Assembly: GCA_008369845.1 (NCBI GenBank)
Contig: MRSU01000499.1
Location: forward strand, 1 to 46,766
Source: Trichomonas gallinae
Taxonomy: Eukaryota
Reading direction: 5' to 3'
Length of the DNA: 46,766 nt
Shown piece after piece: positions 41,601 through 46,766 of the stretch. Position 1 is the first letter of the stretch. Each line of letters starts with the position of its first letter. The notes beneath the pieces are model-generated. The model searched no databases, was not told the origin of the DNA, and worked only from the letters and a program-made list of their open reading frames with translations. Position numbers and translations under genes: made by a program.

Positions 41601-43775
41601 TCCAAGGTTGAAGACTCGCTCGGAATTGTCATATGGCAGAGCCTCGCCAAGAAATCTTCCTTCGAATTCGTCATCAACGCATTATTATCGCTGGCTCTTT
41701 CATCTGAGAGCCCACAAACAGCACCAACAGTCAGCGCAATCATCCAAACATTATACATCGCTGAGCCAGAAAGGGTTGTCGACATCTTGGTGAAGCATCT
41801 TTCGTTCATGTACTGGCTTCACAGCGACATTTTCGGCGGCTTGATTTCAAACAAGAAGGTAACTAATGATGATGGAGATTCTTTGTCGCACGGCAGACTC
41901 ATTTTTGAGATTCTCCTTGAAATAGCAAGAGGCAGTGCTGCAGTAATGCTCAAGCACCTTCCAACATTGTGCGCTTTCGTGTTGTTGCACAGATGCGACA
42001 CTTTGAGGAACATCGTAAGAATGATTTTCACAGAAGTTGCTCAGCAACTCGGCAGAAAGGCTCCACAGAGAATCGAGATCATCACTCACGAAATAGAAAA
42101 GTCAAGAGTCCAGTTGGCATCGTCTTTCTTCAACTTGATGAACGACTTCGATCCATCCTTGGCTTCAGAATTCGCTTTGTCGATCTTAAGGTGGGCTCTC
42201 TGCTGCGGAAGCATCAAGAAGGCGACATTCGCTGTTCAAACATACACAGGACTCCCAGTTCCACCACCTGAACCGAACATCGTCGGCTTGTTCTCAAGAG
42301 CACTGTGGATTGTCTGCGGCGCTTTAAGTGAGATCGAAGACACAAACAGCGCAACACCAGAGTTGAATTACGTCGCAGAAATCGTAGGCGCTTTCCATTC
42401 TATGGCTGTCATTTCTGAGGAGAAAGGGGTTTTGACACATAACCCAGCATTGTTCTGGGTCCCAGCTGAACTCCTCAAACTCAACAGCGGAAAGCAGTCG
42501 CCGATATTCAACATGGCGCTCAAAGCTTTGTGCTTCTATTTCGAGAAACCATCGCTTTTCGAAGCTGTTTCCGGCTTGAATCCAGATAGAAACGACAGTC
42601 TTTGCTTCGTCCCATCAGTCTTCATGAGGTTCCTAGCTCCATGGCACGAAGAAATCGTCGGATTCAGCGGCCTGATCATGAACAGCACAGTCGAAGAGTT
42701 AGATACTGATCTTGCTATCAGAGCGCTTTGCTTAATCACACAGTGCAAGTTCCCGGCACTGTTCAGCACATCAAAGAACTGGGCGGAAACAGCCGCTCTT
42801 GCTTTACTTCCTTGGATGTGGATTGTCGCAACAAATCACTACGGACGCGCAATCTACGTATCGAACGAGAACTCTATGTTCGTCAGCACAGCTAATGCTC
42901 TCGCTGAGAACATTAAGAACGCTGAAGTCTCAAGCACTCTCAAGGATATTGCCACATTCAACTATAATACTCTGTACAACGACGTCAGGTTAGTTGCTCA
43001 AAAGTGCGGCGCAGTTATCTCTGAAGAAGAAAAGATTTCTCTCGGAAACTGGTTCAGCAACCTTCTCAAGTTCGGTGATGAGATGATGAAAATCCCACTC
43101 TACACAATTGTTTCATGGCTCCTCGAAGTTTTGCCTGGACTTCATAAACTGATGCCAGAATTCATCTCAATGTCGATGAACGACAGCTCGAACGAGTTCG
43201 CTCCATTCGTTGCCTTACTCAAGGCCAACCTCGGCAAGGACTTCGTTGTTGAGGCACCTGAGAAGAAGAAGAAGCCATTCCCGCAGATGCACATTTTCGA
43301 GAGAATTGTCGTTTGCGACATTCCTTCGCTCTACGATGTAGGAACACTCGGAGAGACAGAGGTTGTCTGTGAGGACGTAAACTCTCTCGTTCCTCTCTGC
43401 CCGACATCAAACTCTATCAAGGAGACACCGACTGTCCAGAGAATCAGAAGCGCTCTACAAAGAGTCCACTTCCCACCATTCGAAAGCTGGGCGCAGATGT
43501 CGCAGCGCGGAACGGCTACAATGCTCGGAATCACAGGCTTGTCTGAAGTCAGAAGAACACCATGGAACGCTGGTGGCTGCATCCACCAGGCTCTTGAGCT
43601 TCTTGAGAACCAGCCTCCAAAGAACGAGGAGGAGGAAGAAGAGGAGGATCTCCCAGATCCAATGGGACTCATCCCAGTCGGTGCTTCTGCTTTCATCCCG
43701 ACAATGGATGAAGTAAACGAAATCGGAGGACCAGACATGTTCGATGAAGATCCACAGGCTGAGTATTATGAATAA
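38637..43775 (+). CDS. Large alpha-helical repeat protein (1712 aa), possibly Furry/MOR2-PAG1-like
   Basis: Long intact ORF with helical amphipathic pattern and acidic C-terminus; family assignment tentative. Confidence 0.8.
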   Translation: MNDVSLTFNKIDKLLSSKTITMNDLQDLYQFFTSYEKETKEINFPGQSYSKKYDYFTTEKIKALFTLIKSTISIEDVSFHTALIVILHVIAQDFPFFVNNILEKMFESTNNDELMLCAYISRYIIDPCTGFLKFASHDGKDTHQYWGKDTDDLKTPFGQALTKLRNLAFEKGANLLKSKASKADQGTIFYNQSLLSNIQSVIVPPCFRVGDLLCGFPRRPEIAINLSALQDQSMFTQAHKIEPDKISSAVQTWSKMFSFMNTIGAKELKIQMNFTANCPTKDSPSVLFMKLIPFLNIEYFPADILRNAIDQLIFSDVSISSFTLILMQAILLIYPDTTNIIFDKLFEIVDNLGHLTVPQFYSLIFSIGRFMEILYCHKSRKLSDESLTKLDSLALLAFCAPYNGIRDGAFRLAFAINRYETGIRENTVYSVFSSSSKQIEQGFVSSIKCFPLISLLHPTDNISVPTVIEVMRCPEELIWQIMLSGLGKEFALHLDSNVIQQFKRDAIKLLETMDSSSFSRRFAINILMNLTMIPVDKGDKAMIRIVLDNAAACLSELYPDVVFLFTTCPESYFVPIIETLLNSNDILIQVTATATRGLTWNSQFAKALDNPSFLTLFQTLFRKLTKSINSFLIDESIKKRNVKVDVSTEIIYNHVILRDFVLTTYQLLSFLTRKFSTRPSTPFPCFDTITNVELKELLNMETTFDSLIIIATTEFNDPDNNLHFYTIRTISLWLCCCRLRKSDLLNTNDFIDQLEKFNDSNLLANSLIHQFTEFLPIFLKRAISENGSLFFDALCMFFRAPHKFANGPTAVLVSQWESISPEPNEEMEAAMQCLYEEGGNFLAMCFYYLVSPDKKQRDNSFIMLASMVPLLVAYHDRSQPEKLVGLLSTLRGFSTLTMTTECVNSLSTKLVEYMSFMTESVIDRYIDAMHTDTGRETDRLFHPILPWIASISLDLENRVVSRTTDFIFLRFSCFSFVEKVLSIFEPLSSKVEDSLGIVIWQSLAKKSSFEFVINALLSLALSSESPQTAPTVSAIIQTLYIAEPERVVDILVKHLSFMYWLHSDIFGGLISNKKVTNDDGDSLSHGRLIFEILLEIARGSAAVMLKHLPTLCAFVLLHRCDTLRNIVRMIFTEVAQQLGRKAPQRIEIITHEIEKSRVQLASSFFNLMNDFDPSLASEFALSILRWALCCGSIKKATFAVQTYTGLPVPPPEPNIVGLFSRALWIVCGALSEIEDTNSATPELNYVAEIVGAFHSMAVISEEKGVLTHNPALFWVPAELLKLNSGKQSPIFNMALKALCFYFEKPSLFEAVSGLNPDRNDSLCFVPSVFMRFLAPWHEEIVGFSGLIMNSTVEELDTDLAIRALCLITQCKFPALFSTSKNWAETAALALLPWMWIVATNHYGRAIYVSNENSMFVSTANALAENIKNAEVSSTLKDIATFNYNTLYNDVRLVAQKCGAVISEEEKISLGNWFSNLLKFGDEMMKIPLYTIVSWLLEVLPGLHKLMPEFISMSMNDSSNEFAPFVALLKANLGKDFVVEAPEKKKKPFPQMHIFERIVVCDIPSLYDVGTLGETEVVCEDVNSLVPLCPTSNSIKETPTVQRIRSALQRVHFPPFESWAQMSQRGTATMLGITGLSEVRRTPWNAGGCIHQALELLENQPPKNEEEEEEEDLPDPMGLIPVGASAFIPTMDEVNEIGGPDMFDEDPQAEYYE

Positions 43776-43905
43776 ATTGTTTTACTTTATTTTTTTTAAT
43801 GTAAAATTTTTTATAAATTATAAAACAATTTAAAAACAAAAAAGACAAAGTACATATGCATCATTTTGGCATTACACTGGGAGTAACGTAGACTTTAGGT
43901 GGAAT

Positions 43906-45246
43906 TTATGCACCAAGTTCTTTCAGTTTTGCAATAGCCTCTTGATTATAGTATTCTATAGCGTAATCAAGTGGAGTTTGACCACTTGCTTCTTTTGCTT
44001 TGATATTTACGCCGAGTTCTACTAGTTTCGAAATAGCTTCAACTTTATTATATATTGCAGCATTGAATAATGGAGTTTGGCCATCTTTATTTTTTGCTTC
44101 GATATTTGCGCCAAGTTCTGCCAATTTTGTAATGGCATCAATACTATTTTCCATTGCAGCATAAAATAATGGAGTTTCACCATCTTCATCTTTTGCCTCG
44201 ATATTTGCGCCAAGTTCTACCAGTTTTATGATAGCCTCGACATTATTCCAATGTGCAGCTTTGAAAAGTGGAGTTTGGCCAAATCTGTTTTTTGCCTCAA
44301 TATTTGCGCCAAGCTCTACAAATTTTGTGATAGCCTCAACATTATTCCAATATGCAGCTTTGAATAACGGAGTTTCACTTAACTTGTATTTTGCATTGAT
44401 ATTTGCACCTAAACATAAAATCTCATTAATAAGTTCGTGATTTTGGAAATAAAATCCAGAAAACAAAAATTCATCGAAATTGGAGCTTTTTGACATCAAA
44501 TATAAAAATAACCGAATGTCAAAGGATTTTGCTACATTTTCAACATCAATATCAATTCCATACATCTGCGCGAATGAAATTGCCATATCGAAGTTATGAG
44601 TTTCAATGACTTTATTCATTGTGTTTTCATTTGGTTTGAATTCTTGAAGGCATTCGTTGATAATAGATCGATTTCTGCCAACTATGCTGTAATCAAGACA
44701 TTCTTTAGTGATTTCGATGCCATTGCTCCTTAAAAACTTGAAACACTCAACTGCACCGAAGAAACAACAGTTTTCGATGAGTGATTTGTTGAATAATTTA
44801 TGATTGAGGTGAAAATCGTGTTTTGAGAGAATGATTTCCTTGAGAGATTTAATATTATCATGAATAATGCAATGCATTATTGGATCAGACTCATAATAGC
44901 TGAGAATCTCGTCAAAATTTTTGTTTCCGAAACTTTCGTAGTTTGTCAACCATTTTATCTTGATATTATATTTCTTTGCAAATAAGATTTCAATAATATC
45001 ATCATGGTAGTATATTTTTGGCATCACTTTGCATTGCTGATAAATCTGGTCATATATGTACCAATATTCACGAATACAACTGATTTTAGTATTACAAATT
45101 TGGGAAATAGCCTTATATATTAGTTGCCAATTAATTTTGTTTGCCTGAATTTTGTCGATAAGAACAGAAATAAGAGAATCAGTTGTTGGCTTGATATCGA
45201 CAATGAGATCAATGATATCTTGATAATAACCGAACTTGTCCATCAT
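43906..45246 (-). CDS. Ankyrin repeat protein with DUF3447-type domain
   Basis: SLIENCCFFGAVECFKFLRSN, YSIVGRNRSII; five near-identical GANIEAK...TPLF repeats. Confidence 0.95.
   Translation of the reverse strand: MMDKFGYYQDIIDLIVDIKPTTDSLISVLIDKIQANKINWQLIYKAISQICNTKISCIREYWYIYDQIYQQCKVMPKIYYHDDIIEILFAKKYNIKIKWLTNYESFGNKNFDEILSYYESDPIMHCIIHDNIKSLKEIILSKHDFHLNHKLFNKSLIENCCFFGAVECFKFLRSNGIEITKECLDYSIVGRNRSIINECLQEFKPNENTMNKVIETHNFDMAISFAQMYGIDIDVENVAKSFDIRLFLYLMSKSSNFDEFLFSGFYFQNHELINEILCLGANINAKYKLSETPLFKAAYWNNVEAITKFVELGANIEAKNRFGQTPLFKAAHWNNVEAIIKLVELGANIEAKDEDGETPLFYAAMENSIDAITKLAELGANIEAKNKDGQTPLFNAAIYNKVEAISKLVELGVNIKAKEASGQTPLDYAIEYYNQEAIAKLKELGA
43909..44410 (-). repeat. Five 99-bp ankyrin-coding tandem units
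   Basis: Thr-Pro codons recur at 43972, 44071, 44170, 44269, 44368 (exact 99-bp period). Confidence 0.9.
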
Positions 45247-45909
45247 GCGCTCAAATATTTAAAATAAAAAAGTGTCGTAATTTATAACCTTATTTTGTCG
45301 GACGATTGATCAACGACGCAAGTTCTTATAGCTTGCATATCAGGACATATGATTAATCCCATCGTGTTTATAACAACCATTTGTACATATTCTAATTAAT
45401 TAACTTTTGACATATTTGATAAGTTATTTAACTATTTTAATATTATTTTTAGTCAAAAAAAAAAAAAAAAATTAATGGTATAATTGAACAAGAGAGTCTA
45501 ATATATTACTAAAATTACATAAATTAAATTTTAAAATCATTTCAATTATTGAGAATTTTAAATTTTCATTTAACTTTGAGTTATGCATCACGTTTATTGG
45601 CAAAAAGTGAAACTATTATATTTTTCAATAATTTCCTCAAAAGTACATAGAGGAATCTTTAACGTATTGATGAATAATTAAAATTACAGAAACTAAACCA
45701 GAAAATATAAATAGAATGATGTGAATTAATCAAACAGATAGTTTTCTATTGATATCATTTTCCAATTTAATTTTGAATTTTTCAAATTTGCATTTATAGT
45801 ATTTATTTATAATGCAAACTCAACTTAAGAGAATTGTTGTAGATCACAATCTTATTTTGAAATAATCGAGTTAAAACTCTAAGATTTATATAATAAATAC
45901 AATAATATT

Positions 45910-46353
45910 CTAAAATTCTTGTATTTCGGCAAAATCACTTTCAGGGATAAAGCGCATATATCCATTTGCTGAAAATTCATTTTGGAAAATCATTCTTAAT
46001 CTGATATAATGGTCTCTTTCCGTAAGAGTTTCTTGTGAAATAACACCATCGCTACAATGCGTAATGATTTTTTCGATTTGATTTAGAATCATATTTATTG
46101 ACGGCTCAACTTGAGCAACTGAGCTGTTTGGAATTGTTACTAAAATTTTCATTGGTTTAAGATCTCTAATGGCAACAACCACATTATCATAGGAGTAAAT
46201 TTGTTGAGTCAATTTATTTGCTCCTTTTTTATCATAAATCAGCTGTTTAACTTCTTCCAAATATGTTTCCCATGATTTTGTGGATTTCAATGCATTGATG
46301 GAAAAAAGAATTTCGTCCTTTTCGCCGAGAAGAACAAAACTTTCGATCTGCAT
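45910..46353 (-). CDS. Longin-fold protein resembling adaptor small chains (sigma-adaptin / zeta-COP-like)
   Basis: 147 aa from ATG 46353 after a TCACT initiator; MQIESFVLLGEKDEILFS, YSYDNVVVAIRDL, late helices ending ...NEFSANGY fit the longin pattern. Confidence 0.65.
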   Translation of the reverse strand: MQIESFVLLGEKDEILFSINALKSTKSWETYLEEVKQLIYDKKGANKLTQQIYSYDNVVVAIRDLKPMKILVTIPNSSVAQVEPSINMILNQIEKIITHCSDGVISQETLTERDHYIRLRMIFQNEFSANGYMRFIPESDFAEIQEF

Positions 46354-46544
46354 GAAATTTATGAAAAAGTGAACAATTTTACACGACAGATTTATATCTA
46401 AATTTGTCACATTACATGTCAAAGAAACACAACTCAGCATTTTTATCATTTTAGTGCATCATGATTAATTTATTTTCTCATTTCTGGCTTGGTTAATTGC
46501 CTATACCAAAATATGAAACTTTTGACTAAAATTATTATTCATAA

Positions 46545-46766
46545 TACAGTGACCCCATTTTGAAGCCGGTAAACCGTATCGAAGCCGGTCGCCGTGTCAG
46601 ATTGTTAGGACAATTTTATATCAATATTAAAACTTTAACTTCGAGAATAGAATAGCTCAATGGAACATATTCTTTTTAGTGGAAGTGGGTTCATTTCCGA
46701 CACTTTTCCAAGCTTTTTTTCTTTTTTGTATTTTGATTCTCTGGGTGATTGTAAAAGATGTTACTG
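46545..46766. mobile_element. Probable left terminus of a Tc1/mariner-superfamily (pogo/Tc2-like) element, truncated by the window end
   Basis: TA|CAGTGACCCC start, GC-rich ~55 bp containing a direct repeat GAAGCCGGT (46562, 46581); abrupt composition change. Confidence 0.5.

Noticed and set aside
38649..43738. Many 60-180 aa antisense or alternate-frame ORFs within the 1712-aa gene (likewise within the kinase and other large genes)
   Set aside because: Expected shadows of biased codon usage in long coding sequences.

Overview
AT-rich, apparently intron-free eukaryotic DNA with the hallmarks of a trichomonad parabasalid (Trichomonas vaginalis or a relative; inferred from gene families and promoter motifs, not from a database search). 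Hallmarks are short 5' leaders with TCAYT initiators, M2 (AAAGTGAC) and M3 (Myb-type) promoter motifs, stop codons within TAAA, BspA-like LRR surface proteins and ankyrin/DUF3447-type genes. About 20 protein genes are supportable, including a membrane-anchored hybrid histidine kinase, a GT-B glycosyltransferase-like protein, a PX protein, an auxin-efflux-carrier-family transporter, casein kinase 1, a BTB protein, two BspA genes and three ankyrin-type genes. There is also a deletion-riddled BspA pseudogene, and both window ends look like TA-flanked transposon termini. The least-explained signals are non-coding: (i) a ~290-bp cluster of five consecutive hairpins ending in a possible pseudoknot (24523-24807); (ii) an isolated GC-rich hairpin between a TATA/Inr-like sequence and a 72-nt purine/pyrimidine tract (10259-10415); (iii) a ~21-bp-phased TGTAAA/TGACRYGTAAA array upstream of one gene, whose motif recurs upstream of others; (iv) a fold-back/MITE-like region at 19971-20325. 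No rRNA, tRNA or CRISPR array was recognised.
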